NCBI RefSeq assembly: GCF_964355755.1 | Contig: NC_092680.1 | Location: 12,719,045-12,783,044, forward strand | Length of the DNA stretch: 64,000 nt | Direction of reading: 5' to 3' | Origin: Antedon mediterranea | Lineage: Eukaryota > Animalia > Echinodermata | In this document: one piece after another, positions 41,630 to 57,196 of the stretch | How positions within the stretch are numbered: position 1 is the stretch's first letter | Layout of the letters: every line of letters starts with the position of its first letter | The notes under the pieces: model-generated | What the model saw: only the letters and a program-made list of their open reading frames with translations | Told to the model about the DNA's origin: nothing | The model's database searches: none | Position numbers and translations under genes: made by a program

Positions 41630-42950
41630 TTATACAATAAGACCTGAAAATCCAACATTACAAACCAACATATAGAATTTGTATATATTATATTTAATTA
41701 TCTTAGCAATATTGTCCCGGGGTTACCGGATTACAGTGAATACTTTCGTACCGTATGCCTATAATCTTGATATTAATGTGTGCATTTTATAGCAAGTGCA
41801 GTTTAATACCATTGCATTACGAATATTATATACTAATCTGACTTTATTAGATGACAAGGAAAAGACATATAAAAGTCCAGTAATCCAGATATTTTTAACT
41901 TATACAAAGATTTAAAAATATGTAAATACACGTCACTCACTTTATTCACTGAATATATTACAAATATGTTTTATTATACATATATTATTTTTTATCCAGA
42001 CGAAGGTTTTTATTTTTGCTTGACATATTCTTTCTGGCTGTGTGTTTTTCATTTCTTTTTTTTTGTCGTTTGGTTTTAGCTTTCTGCATAATTTATATTG
42101 AGATCAGGTCATTGTTTCCCATAGCATTGTCATTTTAAGTATTTTTCTTTGCATTTTTATTATTTTAATTCCTGATAATACCTGAACCTTTATTAGTTTT
42201 AGCCAATATAAAATAATGTCGGTTTTTTATTTCATATTTATATCCTCTTCTCATAATTTACCGTATTGTAATATTACATAAAAACAGTAACTCTGATCTG
42301 TATTTTCTCTTCAAATTTGCCAAGTTATATAAATAGAAATGTGCATTATAATGTGTGCATTATCCATTTAAAGTCTTTATTAATCTTTTAGCGAAGTGTT
42401 AAGGAATGCTTCAGGCAGCGTCTTAAAATTCTTTCTTTGTTTAAAATTTATATAATTAAGGGCCTATGCTCTCATAACGTTAATTGCATTTTGACTCATC
42501 GAAAGAGTTTGGTAAATTACTTGTGTATTTATTAAAAAATGTTTCTAAAATCGAAAAGTTGGATAACAAAAGCTTATTCATGACTCGTTTCCGCGGTTAG
42601 TGAAGACTGTTACACGCAATTAACCTAGTATTCTATCACTGCAGAGTAATACATTTCGCTGGCGTAATATATCATTGCAAGTTGTTAAGAAAAACCAATT
42701 TAACTAGACGAACTTGAGAAAGGAGAAAACTTTGCTAACGGCAACCTTGTTTATCCTAGATAGCTTAGAATACTCTTCAGAGATTTGGATTAAAAATATA
42801 AGCATTTCAAAAAAGGTAACTTAATTACAAAATAAGCCATCATATCGGGATTTACACTTATGTCAGATAAATTAAGATATTGTACAGTTTCATTAAACGT
42901 TATTTGTGTATATTTAAACCTGAATTCATTATAACAAATTTCGTCGTTTA

Positions 42951-43094
42951 AGCTCTGTCTACACTATCAAACTTTATGTGATGTGCCCATATATGGACAT
43001 GCTGATTTTTATTACCATATTAAGCATATCACTACCATATGTGGGCACACCACATTTTTTTGGGTCAAATTAGTTTGATAGTGTAGACAGAGCC
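42951..43094. mobile_element. MITE family A, complete, TTA TSD
   Basis: TTA-AGCTCTGTCTACACTATCAAACT...AGTTTGATAGTGTAGACAGAGCC-TTA. Confidence 0.9.
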
Positions 43095-46000
43095 TTACAG
43101 CAAATACCACAATCTTACAATCGTGTGTTTAAATTCAGATAATAATGACGGTCATTTTTTATAAGAAAAAAAAAAGAAAATACATAATTGTTCTTTATAT
43201 TTATTGTTATTTAAATAAATTGAACTTTCTTATTATTATCATCTTCATTTGATAAACGTTCAACCATTTTATCGTTGCCCTTTTGTCAAAAGTTCCAAAA
43301 CTGTTTCTATAGAGTAGTTACTAATGTTGTAATCTTGAGAGGGTAATTACCATAAGAAGAGTAATTTCTTTGTATGTTAACTTGTATTAACGTTATGGTA
43401 ACTTGATTCAAGAATAATGTACATTTGATGCTATTTGAATTTACTACAAGTTTCTCTCAAACGATCGTGCGGATTACCAACACTTTAAAAGTACATTAGG
43501 TTTTGGTCTGCACAGTCTGCCCTAGGACTTGAATTCAATGTATTTGTATTTCAATATCAATATCTGGAAACTTCATAATAAACTGTCTATTTACGAGTTC
43601 GAATTCATCTTTCTTCTTTGTTTATGTAACTTTTTACATAAAGTTCCACAAAACCAGTGCTGTATTCGCGCGACCGAGCGCGCACGATCCGACCCGATTG
43701 GTGCGTACGACTTTGCGAGGGTTATTTTAGTGATGGTTAAAGTGAGGGATTAAAAGTGCCATTTATATTTTACTTTTAGAAAAGACCAACCAACAATTAT
43801 TGAAACCAGATGAATGTATTAAATATTGTACAGAGATGTAGTATTTGAATATGAGCAAATCAAACGTTTGTTTAGTTATTTTTTGTGTTTTTCCTTCGTG
43901 CTTAAAGACAGACAATACATGCGGTGACATATTTGGCTCTCTTTAAAATAAAGCTTAAACAATATTGCGCGATCTTGTGGCATATAGGCATTAACCCTAA
44001 AACAATTGGAAGTAGTGAATATGTGTTTACGCTATCGGCTATTTCTTTGATTCATTAACTTTTTTTTCTTAATAACAGTTAAAAACATTTGTTTATGGTA
44101 AAATTAATACCATTGAACTTTTTGTTCACTAAATGTTCTTTTAATACTATAATTTCTAGCATTAATTATTGTACAAAGTACAAAAACCTCAACGAAATGG
44201 ATTTTTATTACAAAGCGTATCACAAAGACAATAGTCATAACGTAACCTGGAGATATTCACAATGAATTGTTAGGTAAGATTTGATAGAGTGTCGTGTATT
44301 AATAGCATTACGACTCTTTACATACCTCACGACAAATCGTTAATACCTCCGCCGCTCAACATCATCAATTCTCGTCACGATTTCAAATTTTTAAAACCTT
44401 GGTTAAGTATTATTTATAACAGTTATCCTTAATTTGATAACTTGATGAATTACTTATTGAGTCTTTGTTCTTAGAGTTTCTCGAGGAATGTATAATATTT
44501 CAATATTGTTTTATAAATATTCCGCGAGACTTTATTTGAACTTTACTCTTTGACTTAATTTATTGTATTTATTCTTATTACACGTGATAACACTGTTAAA
44601 CTTTAACTAAAAGTGTATGTATACTTAGTTGTTTTATAAAATAACCGAATAGGAATATTTTAAAATAATATATTTTCTTAAGATCCTTTTCATTGCCATG
44701 GTATAACTCTACCGTCATAATAAATAAAACAGTAACTAAATAAATTAAATGTAATTGTAACGTATAGGATTAATATAGGCTAATTTATAATCCATTTTAT
44801 TCATTTATTATTGTATGCTTACGGATTTACAAATAATATGCAGAATATAAGAAATACATTTATTTTAAAAAAAAGAAAAATATTGGCATCTATATGATTT
44901 TTCCTTTTTTTTTTCCTTCATTTAAATAGATTTATTCATTATTAATTATTTATTTATTTTAGATCATAAAATATAAAATTCATATTTTTAGTCCAGTTTT
45001 AATGGGTTTGAGGATTAATTATTCAATAAGTAACCTTTTAAGTTTCCTTCATACACAGGCATGTATTTATAATTATTGTTATTTATAATTTTTTTGGTAA
45101 AATGAAAAATAATTAATAGGTATTGCTATACATATTTTTATATTGTTGTGCCATTTTTAAGTATATCTATATTACATTATATTTATTCATAATTTGGAAT
45201 CGATGACTTCTTTTACATTAATCATTTAAACAATTGCTTGTAATTATAATAATTTTTTCAAATAATTATGATTTGAATAATTTTATGTAATTATAGTTTA
45301 ATTATTACCCATCCTAATGTCATCATGCGCTAATAGCGATAATTAGCATCAACCAATCTCCGAAAATTATCATTGAACTTGAAATATATAAGAAGATACG
45401 TTAGCTATAGGCTAGCCTAGGCCTAGAGGTCTTGTCTCTAACAGGAAGCGCTGAAGGGATCACTAGACTCTCTACAGCACGGCTTTAGGGTTAAGCTGTC
45501 GCGTATGCTTAAGCCCCGATTTAACGTTTGTAATTTTAACCAACTAAGACAGTACATCGACTGCCGTCTAATGAAGAAACAATAATAACATGATATACAA
45601 AGTAGTCTCTTAAATAGTTTTGTAAACAAAAGAAATAATAATAATAATATGATCATATAAAAGGTAGCAATCTTTTAAATAATGTGTAAACAAAAATAGC
45701 TCGGATTAGGCCGCTCTATATTTTCTATTACTAATTATAAGTATAATAATATACTGAAAAGTCAATGGTTGCAAGTATTTTGTACAATTTTCTGAAGAAA
45801 AAAACCGTAGGCCTTCGTTACCCCCAGCGTCCTTGCGAAGAAAATGACTGTTGTTTAAATATTTTCCAACATCATTACAAATAAATTATTTGACAGGAAT
45901 TAACCAACGACGAAAGTCTACAGAAAACACAATTTATACAAACATTAACAAAAGAAAATGTTGCATGAAGAAGGGGTTTACAACGAAAATTATACCAACA

Positions 46001-46917
46001 TGGGACATTTTCCTAATTTTTCTTAGTAGGCGTAGGCTTAATTAATTTTGCTAAACTTAACTTTATTGTCGATATGTTGTTGAAGCTTTTCATTTAGTTA
46101 CCCAAATCTGTTTAATAACTTTTTGTGATTTTAATTGGAAAACCATTAAAAATGTTGGTGTATTTTTTATAATTGTTTAGAGAAGACAGCTTTTTTAATG
46201 AATTATAACGAGAATGACTAAAGAAATTGCAGCATTGAGTAAATTGCGTCGATAAGACTTCACACACTATTCAGTCTGTCACAATGATTGAATACCATAG
46301 GCACATGCGACCAAGAAAACTCAATCATTTTTTCTTCTTATCCGTCATTGTGTTAGCCCCTTCAATACCTGATTGTAAAATCGAAGAGATTTCAACATAC
46401 AAGTCTAATGTAGATGTATGGGATTTCAGAGTTATCGACCAGTTGCCGACAATTCTTTCTTTTCTGTTTCATTGATCGCTTGAAATTTCACCCTTTCGAT
46501 GTGTGGATTTACACGTAAACAATACAACTAGTTTTATTCTAATTTCCTTACGTGTGACTATACGATTCAGGCTGTAGGCAGTCTAACGGAAAACCTTACA
46601 AACTTCGTCACTTCAAAGAAAAAATGCGAAATAATTGGTAAGAAAGAAAGTGATACACATGTGCTATGTGACTTTCAAGAATATTCCGAAACATATCAAT
46701 TGGTTGATTTGTATAATTATTTTATAACTATAATTTTAGTTTTTATCTTCTAATTCCCTTTGTAATAATGTCTATTAAATGACATACGATCAACATTACC
46801 AATGTTATGATACCGCTTTTGTACATCACGAAATATGACATCCACGGCGTGACAGCAATGCGTGTCAACATTTCGTTTTCACGATGATCAACGCGACTAG
46901 TTGCAATTATGCGCTTA

Positions 46918-47042
46918 AGCTTGGTCCCCACTAGGACGCAAAGCAAGCCAGTCAACCAATGACAAGCGACTGTTCGAATAATCCATCGCTTTTGAATGGT
47001 CAAATCACGTCCTTGCGTTGTGTCCCTAGTGGGAACCAAGCT
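46918..47042. mobile_element. MITE family B, complete, TTA TSD
   Basis: TTA-AGCTTGGTCCCCACTAGG...CCTAGTGGGAACCAAGCT-TTA. Confidence 0.9.
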
Positions 47043-47845
47043 TTAACAATATGTCTGATTGTGCGCAGATTGACCTTTTACTCGAAAGACGCGTAGTCTG
47101 TGGCGCGTCGTGGAAAGGTCGCTGATTTTGTAACTTTAAGAATTCTATTTAAAGCAGAGGTGTAATTAAGTTCCTTGCATTATTATCAATGATGTAAATT
47201 AATTCACACTAGATTACATCGCTAGTGCGCACTAATTAACGTGAGTATGTGTACGTTGCTATGACTTATGCTCATAAGTCATTTGCAAACGACATTTCAT
47301 ACGAGGTTTCCTCGGGTTCAAAGTCAGTGCTTTGTACCGTAGTATTGAACAAGTTCCACAGGCAAACTATGATTGTACAAACGAATGATTTACTTGCCAT
47401 TATCTCTCAGTTTGTGATGTACAGAAGTTGGTTAATTTGCAGCATTGAGGGTGTTTATCTCCAGGGGAGGACTCGTCAACATTGTCAGTTATTATAGAAT
47501 GGTATCTAATATACGCGTCACTTACTGATCACGTCACACCATTATAGGCCTGCACGCTTTAATCTCAATGTACAGCATGCATATTTTCCTCTTTTAAAAC
47601 GTGTATCCCTTTTTAAATGCTACATCAAACATGCTATAAAATACAATGATTAGCCTGGATATGTTACGTGGAATACTTTCTATGAAATTTATGGAGCAAA
47701 AATATGGTTCTGTGTTTAGTGGATTCGCTACATACATTTTTGTGACGAAAGTAAAAAAGTAACAACATTGTTTTGTTTTATGTTTGTTTTTATGATAGAA
47801 GAGTCTTTATTTATATTACCTTAATATAATTAGATACTGAAGGTA

Positions 47846-47881
<36 letters not shown>

Positions 47882-47898
47882 TTGTATAGCGCACATTT
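47846..47898 (-). repeat. (TAA)n microsatellite, probably an L2/SINE 3' tail remnant
   Basis: Minus strand reads GCGCTATACAAG followed by about 11 TAA units. Confidence 0.65.
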
Positions 47899-49600
47899 AT
47901 ACAACATTTGGTGAGTTAAACTATGAAAATTTTGCTTTCTTTTTACCAAACCATTCATCAGCAGTAGTAATTTCACTTTGTCTTCTCACACACTTGTCGT
48001 CATCTTCTACCTGGATCTACCTATATTTTGAGACTTAAAACATTTAATGTTTCTTTGCCCCTCTTGACAAAACTCTTAAAAATGATTGTTTTACTAAATA
48101 ATATTATTAATGTAAATATTCTGTGTATAACTTAAATATCTGTATAAACTAAACTAATGTAACAGGCGTCATAGAATATGGAAACATTTGAATTATATAT
48201 GAATAACCAAAGTAACCAAATAACTATCAAAACTTAGTTGTTGATATATCCCAATTTTAAATTAGTACTGAAATAGAATTTGTTTGTATTCTTTGATCGG
48301 TGATTTTACCAATTGTATCACAGATAATTGAAAAGTAAATATAACAATCAGATACAAGTGTTTCACACCTTTTTGTCATAAACAACTTTAACAAAATGTT
48401 AATCTTGTTTAAACTAGTGATAGTTAATAAAAGTATTCCCTGAAGGTTGAAAATAAGACGGCTTATCCTGGGAATAAGTCTAAGGTAAGTGCTACAATTG
48501 AACTGATTCCAGCCTAGTGTAGGATTTACCATTAAAGCTCACTTAAGACGCAACAGAAACACATCTCCACGCTGTACAGAATGTAAAACAAACGTTAGTC
48601 AGCGTAATCTAAGTGGCTTATAATACGTTTTAAGTATGCGAGAGGCGCTAATTCTAAAGCAATAATGAACGCGCTAACAAGTACTTAAGGAGTAATTCGT
48701 TAAGAAACTAAGTTGTCTGAACTGCGACACAATTATTATATATTTGATTATGTAAATCAGTGCTTTATCAATACCTTGTTTGAATGTTTTACCTTGTAAA
48801 TATAACCGATGAAAAGACGTTTCGTTTACTTGATTACGTACGAATGTCTGGACCTTTAAACCACTGGCGACATCAAGATTATCTGTTCAAATATCATTAA
48901 TGTTTAGACATCATTAAGACATTGTGAAGTTAGTAGGACCATCTACGATAAACCGATATATAAACATGTTTTGAACAACCCTCAATCGTAAGTGACAACG
49001 GTACTTTTAAATTGGGTATACAAGAAGCTGAAGTAATATCTTTCAACTGATTCTCCTCCTCAATTAAGAAGCCTCGTCGTGATAGCACATCCTCGTGACC
49101 ATCTTACACACCGGTAGGCCTATATCAACCCCCGCCCGCCCTCTCACACCCCCTAATAGGCCTACAACAAATTGTCACGGTGTTTACTCCTGGAGCTAAC
49201 AAATTACAGATTAGTTTCATTTGGATGTGTGGCTTACACTTAACAAAAATCTCTTTACTATTATTATATTTTTATCGATTGGTGTTTGAGTATTTTTTTA
49301 GTTATCAGCAAATGTTTGCCTAATTATAGGTATAATCATCACAAGTTTGTAAAATATCAAACACGATGAAGCAAACTATGTAACATTATGTAAAACAATG
49401 ATATTATTAATTGATGGTTTCCTTTCCGCCTAAAAAAGATTAAATTTAAATCAGTGTACCGAAGTATAAAATAGTGATTAAAACACTAGGTTCTTCCTTT
49501 AAATCCTCCTTTGTTTTATACCTTTTATCGGATAAAGATTTTTTTAATCCATTCTCTCCATTATTTTTGTCTATACATAATTGAAATGTCACGCTATTCA

Positions 49601-50417
49601 TTTTTAGTCGCGTGGAAGCGACTCTATAGTTCACTATGTCGGTCGGTTGGTCGGTCTGTCTGTCTGTCTGTCTGTCTGTCGGTCGGTCGGTCTGTCTGTC
49701 TGTCGGTCTGTCGGTCCGGTATCACTATGCGTTTTATCGCTTTCTGACCTTATCTTGATATCAGTTTAATCTAGCTAGGTCAATTTTTCACAGTATATTC
49801 CTTATGGCCAGGAATCAATGTGGTTATGTTTTCACGGTGCGCAATAAAAAATTACGCGGTCTACGCACGATTTAACGAAATCACGTTTGTAATCATATCT
49901 TCACAACCATGAATCACAATTAAATAAAATTTGGTACTCATAAATTTCAGGGCATAAATCATCATATGGCAATACAATTACGTGCGTAGCGCATGTAACG
50001 CATGCGTACGCGTGCTTAAAATTTTCAAAATTTATTTTCGATGAAATAAGAGTACGTTTCAGGCAATTTTAAGCGTTTACAAAATTGCCATGAGTGCGCG
50101 TTAAATGTTATTGCGCACTCTTTTTGCCCGATTTCTGTTTTCTTGACTTACTTTTCAACTCGAAATTACGTTATACGAGCACGTCAAAAGTGACAGGCTA
50201 TGCACGTGTAAATTAAAAAAATATAAATGTTTTTAAACATTTCAACATTTTTAAACATGTTCAGTAATTTCGGTCAGTATGTCGGTCGGTCTGTCTGTCT
50301 GTCGGTCTGTCGGTCTGTCGGTCTGTCTGTCGGTCTGCCTGTCGGTCTGTCGGTCTGTCTGTCGGTCCGGTATCACTATGCATTGTAGCACGCGACTTAA
50401 TGGCTGTTGGCCTTGTT
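49601..50417 (+). mobile_element. Helentron-associated / DINE-1-like non-autonomous element (about 815 bp) with two (GTCY)n cores
   Basis: T-rich left flank, 5' subTIR AGTCGCGTG with partial inversion GCGACT, (GTCG/GTCT)n at 49638-49718 and 50281-50370, 3' subTIR CACGCGACT at 50389-50397, a short GC hairpin and a CTTGTT end. Confidence 0.85.
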
Positions 50418-53041
50418 CTTTCTTTTCTCTAATCGTTTTCTTAAAGATTTTTTTACAAAACATATTTCATAAAAATATTTCATAGAGAGTTCTTTTATAA
50501 GTCTAGATGCGATAAATTTGTTGTTATATTTAACATAAGAACATATCTTGGCGTTCATGCCGTTACTGTACATTTCATGCTGTTATATTTATTGTTCGCT
50601 CGTTTAATTAGCATTTAACTGCGATTTATAACACTTTGCTGTTTTGGTGAAGATTCATTTATCGCCGTTGGTAATTTTTACAAACAAAAACTACTAAACA
50701 GAAAATGTATTTGTCAGATTGTCAAACTGGATTTATTAGCACTAAAAAGACCAAGTAATGCTCACTTTTAATCTCACTAAGGTTAATATTTCTAATTAAT
50801 TGACATAATTCGAACGACGGTGTTTCTATTTTTAAAAAGCACACCGTGAGTTACGCAGAAAGCTAATAGATTGATCGATAGTTTTCGTCCTGTTCATTTT
50901 ACACGACGTTAGCCTCAAGAAACAACATTGTATTAAGGTAATCTTTTTTAAACGATACAGTGCGTTTAACTGATTTTACCTAAAACAGTGTTTGTGTTTA
51001 GTGTGATGTTATGTTGTACACAACCCTGGGGTATTTCAAATGTTGTTTGTATGGATACATTTCTATTTTAAATCTAGCATTCTGTCAATCAGACATAGAC
51101 TATTCATTCACCAATATAATAAATGACATTGAAAAGCTATTTAAGCCAACAAAATGATTCCTCTTTAAAAGTATAGGGTGGCAGTTTGATGGTCCACTCC
51201 GCCCTCGGTGTCACCACCGTCGGCTAAAGAGCGCCGACACACGGCAAATTGTTCCTTAATCGGAAACGAACCTCTTCCATACAAACTACACAGAACAGAT
51301 TTTGTTAACGAGAATGTTATAAAGACTGATCTTAGCATCGATTTAGATTTACTGAATATCTCAACTTGCCTTACGGATAGTTAGAACAGGGAGAACTCCC
51401 TGGTTAGAAGCACCTTTGTTTCCACTGGTCTACTAACTACAATTTTCTCTAGGCCTATTGGCCTAGTGGCATATTTTGGATATAAAAACCGATAATTTAT
51501 TTTTTATCTGCAATAAAACCAAAAAATATAACAAAAAAACTATTGGCGTCTTCGAAACAGGCTTGAAAATCAACTGTTGTTATTTGTATGTGTGAAATTA
51601 AATCTAAAAAATATATTTCATTAAAAACTTTCCAAAACGTTTACTAATTGTTGATGCTAATACTGTATCAATACATGAAATAAAAATTATGTAACATAAT
51701 TGTCTCCTTTGTTGTTGGTATTCGTATTATACTTCTTTAGATAGTCGGGTTCAATCGCTGTTATACCACAGTTTAAAAGTTTAATATAAGTTAAATGTTA
51801 CTATAGTCAAAGGCAAATATTAGTAAGTCTTTATCTAATTCACTCAATAGTACATAACATTTTGTTAGATGATTGATTGTTATTGTCCAAAGCTGATATA
51901 ATCTATTGTATGTTAGCTTCTCTATTATCCGATTGATGGATATTTTTATTGCCTTTTAATAACCGGTTTATCAAATACGATTAAAACTTATTTTCAGTAA
52001 TCTAAAGAAGGCGATAGAATTTACACATTTCCGTTAAATCTTCTCGCTTGGCAATTTCCTTTCTTGATGATAAATACCGTCTATTCATAATACTCTCGTC
52101 GAACAATTTATAAATTTGTATTCTTTAAGTGTAGTGGCACCTTCTATACATGCGTCCACACGATTGCCGCGGGGAGCATGTGTTAAACAAGCGCGTGGCA
52201 TTTAGTAGACGCGGTTACGCTCTTTCACATAGCCAATCAAAAGTGGAGAGCTCAGAATAATTAAAAAAAGTAAGAAACAGAATTACTTTCGGGCAATAAA
52301 CTTTACATTTTTATTTTGCATCGACCTGTTGAGGAAATATAATAATATCGCACGATCAAATCCATTCCACAAAAACGTATAATGTTTTGTTGTGGTCTCT
52401 ACGACCTATACACATGCTTGCTCAAAGGCGTACAGAGTGGCGAACACAAGTGAGACGCGCGATATATAATGACGATTAGCGTTTAAGATGATGATGATAT
52501 GACCAGGCCTAAGTATTGTGCTCATTCAATATCTAGGCCTACACTACACTTCAATGACTACATCCTTGTTATTGCCAACAAACGATAGTTTCTTGAATAT
52601 AGCAAACAAACGTTTTCCCTTTTATTAAGTCAAGAATTTAGGCTACTTAATTAATTTAAAAATAAGTCCAATATTGTAATAGCACCGCATAGCACAAGGT
52701 ATAACAACTTTATTAATTGTAAACAAACATACAATGTACTCATTTTTAAAACTTCTTTTAAGAAGTTTTAGAAATGACTGTAACAATAGTTTAATAACAA
52801 GAAGAAATTATTACAGCCTGAAAAAATATTTACCACTTAAATAAAAGAATTGCATGTTCGATGTAATGGCTAGAGCTGGGAATAGGATTCTGCTGTATGA
52901 ACACAATTTAAGTAGGCTAAAGAGCCTATCAACAGTACGCTATATGTTGCTAGCGTCATTGATTTTAAGAATCTTGAAGAGGATGTTACCATTGTTAGTA
53001 AAAAGTTATTTTCTAAATCTTTATATTAGATTTGACTCTAA

Positions 53042-53181
53042 AGCTTTGTTCCTACTAGAACGTAACACCAGGACGTAACGCAAAGTGATTTGACCAATCT
53101 CAAGCGACGGATTATTCGAACAGTCACGTGTAATTGGTCAACTCGCTTGCGTTGCGTCTACGTCCTAGTGGGAACCAAGCT
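53042..53181. mobile_element. MITE family B, complete
   Basis: TAA-AGCTTTGTTCCTACTAG...CTAGTGGGAACCAAGCT-TTA, with internal TTGACCAAT / ATTGGTCAA. Confidence 0.88.
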
Positions 53182-54471
53182 TTACCAAAGGAATGTTACC
53201 ATACACTTCTCGATATAGATCATCTGTTAGCAATAATAATGGCTACTTTGATTAATTACAGAGTAGGGCACACTAGCAGGTGTTAACATAGTGCTGTAAT
53301 ACATTGTTTCCTGTAATGCATACATATGTACAGTAGCGAAAGATAACTCATTGTTTACTGTACGTTGTGCAACGCCTCTGGGTCATTGACGTAGGTTACT
53401 ACATGACCATCTCACCTTAATACCGCCGGCTAAATATTTTATGGCGTGAAATGCTAATTGAATATTTCATTTTTCATTAATTTGTATTAAATTTAACATT
53501 ACATTTGTATTCGGTTATTGCTTAATGTGTGGTACATGCTCCCAGCAACACGATCCAATAGGTGGTCTCAATTTCGAACTAAAAAAGTGTTTGTTGTATT
53601 GCTTAGGCCTACTGTTAAATGTTGGTGTTGATAATATGATGATGTTGAGAATGATAGATATAGGCTAGGCTTACTATATTAATATATTGATGATATTGAG
53701 TAATGGTTTAAATAATTTTGTATTACATACCTTATTAATTTTTGTAGGGGTCTCGGCTTAAAGGCTTTACTTATTTTGAGTTACCTTTTCCATAATGTTT
53801 TGATTACATTTTTGTACATATCTTTAGTTTTATGGAATAAATTGATTTTGATTGATTGATTGCTAATAATGAAGAATAGTGAAATCTTGGTAATGAAGAT
53901 TATGATGATAAGAATGAGAATGTTAGTTTTATTCTCATTTTTGTATTTAAATGTAACTAAATAAACTAAATCTATTTAATAGTTAGTATTTTTAATCAGA
54001 ACAGTCAAAGTATGTCAAAAGTATCTTAAGAGATGCTGCTACATCTACATTACATTATTAATTATGTTATGAAATAGAACGAATTATAGATTCAAAACAT
54101 TATTCATGTTTATGTTTAATCTCTTACAAATGTGTCAACATTGTTAGAATTACTGTCAAACTAAGAGATAAAATATCTTAATCTATGAGGCTTCAAAATT
54201 CCTTATGTATTCTAGTCACGTGTGTGTTGTGCGTGACTGAAGACGCCACAGGAAACCGATTGCATAGCAACTGAGCTGCCACCAAGATTTTCAAAGGAAA
54301 GACTTTCTTTACATTTATACAAAATAATAAAGAATGTACTATTCATTCAATAATTATAGACAAACAGTTTTTATTGTCGTTTTAAACAACGTAATTGTAA
54401 TTGTATTGATATTATCAAAGATTGTATACTTATCAGTAATATATATTTCCATTGATAGAACAAACGCCTAA

Positions 54472-54608
54472 AGCTCTGTCTACACTATCACATTTTATGT
54501 GACAAAAATCTGATGTGCCCATTGATGGACACAATGATATCATATCACTACCATATTTGGGCACATCACACTTTTTTGTCAAACTATTTTAATAGTGTAG
54601 ACAGAGCT
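54472..54608. mobile_element. MITE family A, complete, TAA TSD
   Basis: TAA-AGCTCTGTCTACACTAT...ATAGTGTAGACAGAGCT-TAA. Confidence 0.9.
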
Positions 54609-56303
54609 TAACAGTTTCAAACAACGTAAAGTTACATAATTATATACATCATCCAACAATGTTCAGTGCCCTATCACTAACTTGGACTTGTTTTGCATCT
54701 TGCAATCAACCTAAAGGTATATGTTATAAAATAGAACTAAAAAATACATTAGAATTAACCGTTAATGAATGGAGATCGTTAACATTACATATAATATAGG
54801 CCTACACCATTTTATTATTTGAATGAAAAGACGGAGGCCTTATACATTATGAACACGATAATTATAGGCCTAAGTGTAGCGTAAAATTAACGATTATTTA
54901 CTTATTATTTCAGTATTTTATATTCCTAGGTATGGTTATTTTTAAAATGTTTTACGGACTATTATAGATAAAAAGGATAACAAAATAAAAGAAACATTTT
55001 AAAATGGAAGAATTATATTGATAACTATGAATTAAAAGATAATAATAATTATGAATATGGTGGAATTAAAAAAAAATATTTAAAAATAAAATAAAAATTT
55101 ACAGATTAATTTTTGTTATCATCATAAAGAATAAATGAATAGAAATGGTGGTTCACGTCATAAAAGAAAACAAAATCCTTATAACATATTTATCTGTCAT
55201 TTGAAAACAATTCTTTTATCCAGTAATATTAAAAGTTGAAAATACAGTATTTTTTCCTATCGAAAATGATATATCTAGTAAATGTAGGCCTATAAGACAC
55301 AAATCTGTAAAACACAATAGAGCCTATTTGATTCAGACATTTATATTATAAAATATACACAAAAAAACGACGAAAATCTTAATGATCAATTTCATAAAGG
55401 AAAAATCTTATTGTGTTTTTACAAAATGAATAAAACATGAGTGATTAGACGGTAAATAGCAGGATGGTATTAGAAGCTGATTTACATAATAATGACAAAG
55501 ATAAGTAATACTGCGTATTCAATAAACGATTTTATGGACGTATATAAAAAAATAAGCTCGTCACAAAAGAAACAATATGATGTGTAGACATATCAAATAT
55601 GTTGTATGAAATGACTTAATCCAATACTTCTTTCTTTAAATTTGAACTGATTGCGATAATGATTTTAAAGAATTGTTAGTCACTCTTCGATTTTTGTTAC
55701 CGCTTAGTCAGAAGAGGAATATTGAATCTGTCTTTGTTTTCACTGTTATCAAGAGAATAATAGATTGTATTGTTATGATGACATGACAACTGTGTTCAAT
55801 TAGTTGATCGTTCTTAAAGCCAGTATCTCTGCTACATTCGTCGTTTATCTATTTGTTATTGAAAATTGCCTCAATTTAATTCATTTATTATTATGGGTAA
55901 AATTCAATAAACCGCTGTAGTATTAATGGTCTTTGGTAATACACACTTTGTGCCGTCTATACTATCCGCATCCATTAAATGATTGTTTATCACTCAGTTT
56001 TATACACTAGGCCTATTTGGTAATAATCTTTATTTTTACTTTTCTCTTAGGCCCATATTTGTACAATTTTAAAGGTAACGACGGTATAAGAAAAATCAAT
56101 GCGCAACCAACAGCGGGCGCTATGCAATTCACTACGCGCTTTTTACGTAAAGTACGGTACCTTGGGATGAATCAAATAATTATGTTTAACAACCACCCAG
56201 AGAACTAAAAATCTAACATTATTTAACGGGTTCGGTAAACAATAATTCATTAAGCAATATTCAATATCTTTACAAAAACCATATTAGGCATATGCACAAT
56301 TTA

Positions 56304-56408
56304 AAACAATGCCATATAGATGGCTGCAATCGCGTGCTCAAGTTAGTGTTTACCGACCGACCGACCGACATAGTGAGATGTAGAGTCGCGTTGCACGCGA
56401 CTAAAAAA
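56304..56408 (-). mobile_element. Minimal (about 105 bp) Helentron-associated / DINE-1-like element
   Basis: Minus strand: TTTTTTAGTCGCGTGCAACGCGACT...(GTCG)4...GCACGCGATT-GCA-GCCATCTATATGGC-ATTGTT. Confidence 0.85.
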
Positions 56409-57196
56409 GGGAAGAATTGCGTATGTGTTTATCAGCTCACTTTTTATACAAGTGGTTGTATGATATAAGTAATAATAATTTAAACAAAATAATTGTTTAT
56501 ACATTTTGGAAAATAGAATGTTTAAATAATTATTTTGTTAATTATAATTGTGTAACAAGAAGTGTGCATAATGTAGCCATGTAAGTTTGTTAAGTTGCCA
56601 TGTCAATGATAGTTCTTAAGCCGGTGATATTAAATGTAATGTCACAGATTATATATAAACATTGCGCTACTGTGTAATGATATGCTGAGCGATCTATGTG
56701 ACACAATACATTTAGACATCAGTTTGTTCATGTCCGTATTTACTGCAGGGACATCCTTCTAAACGGCATTACCGCAAGCAAAAGTGTTTAAATTCTAATT
56801 TGTATTATTTAATGTTTTCTACAGGCTATTCGTTCGATATGTTGTTATCATAACACTGTGTTTGAATGCAGAATAATAATAATAATAGAGAAATTGAAAG
56901 GAAAATTTCATTCATTTACTTTATGACTTTATTATTCTTATTGAATTGATTAGACTAAAAGTTAAAGTGATTATCATGTATGTATTTCATTTATTATTTT
57001 TATTTCCTTTGGAAAATGATTTACAGTATAGTATAAACAATATTACAAATGGTTTTCTTGTTTTATCACACAATTGCATACTTTATTGTATTGAATTGAT
57101 TGCACTAAACTAGTTATATTCATATGGAATACGCACTCCGCACGTAGCATTTTGTCGCTTACCATGCTTTTCCAATATATATTGGAAAAGAAACAT

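Noticed and set aside
54225-54270. CTGAAGA...GAAA hammerhead-like core
   Set aside because: Stems I and III and the cleavage triplet cannot be arranged correctly.
56107-56122. CTCF-like motif CCAACAGCGGGCGCTA
   Set aside because: Two mismatches to the core; not distinguishable from chance without a PWM scan or ChIP.
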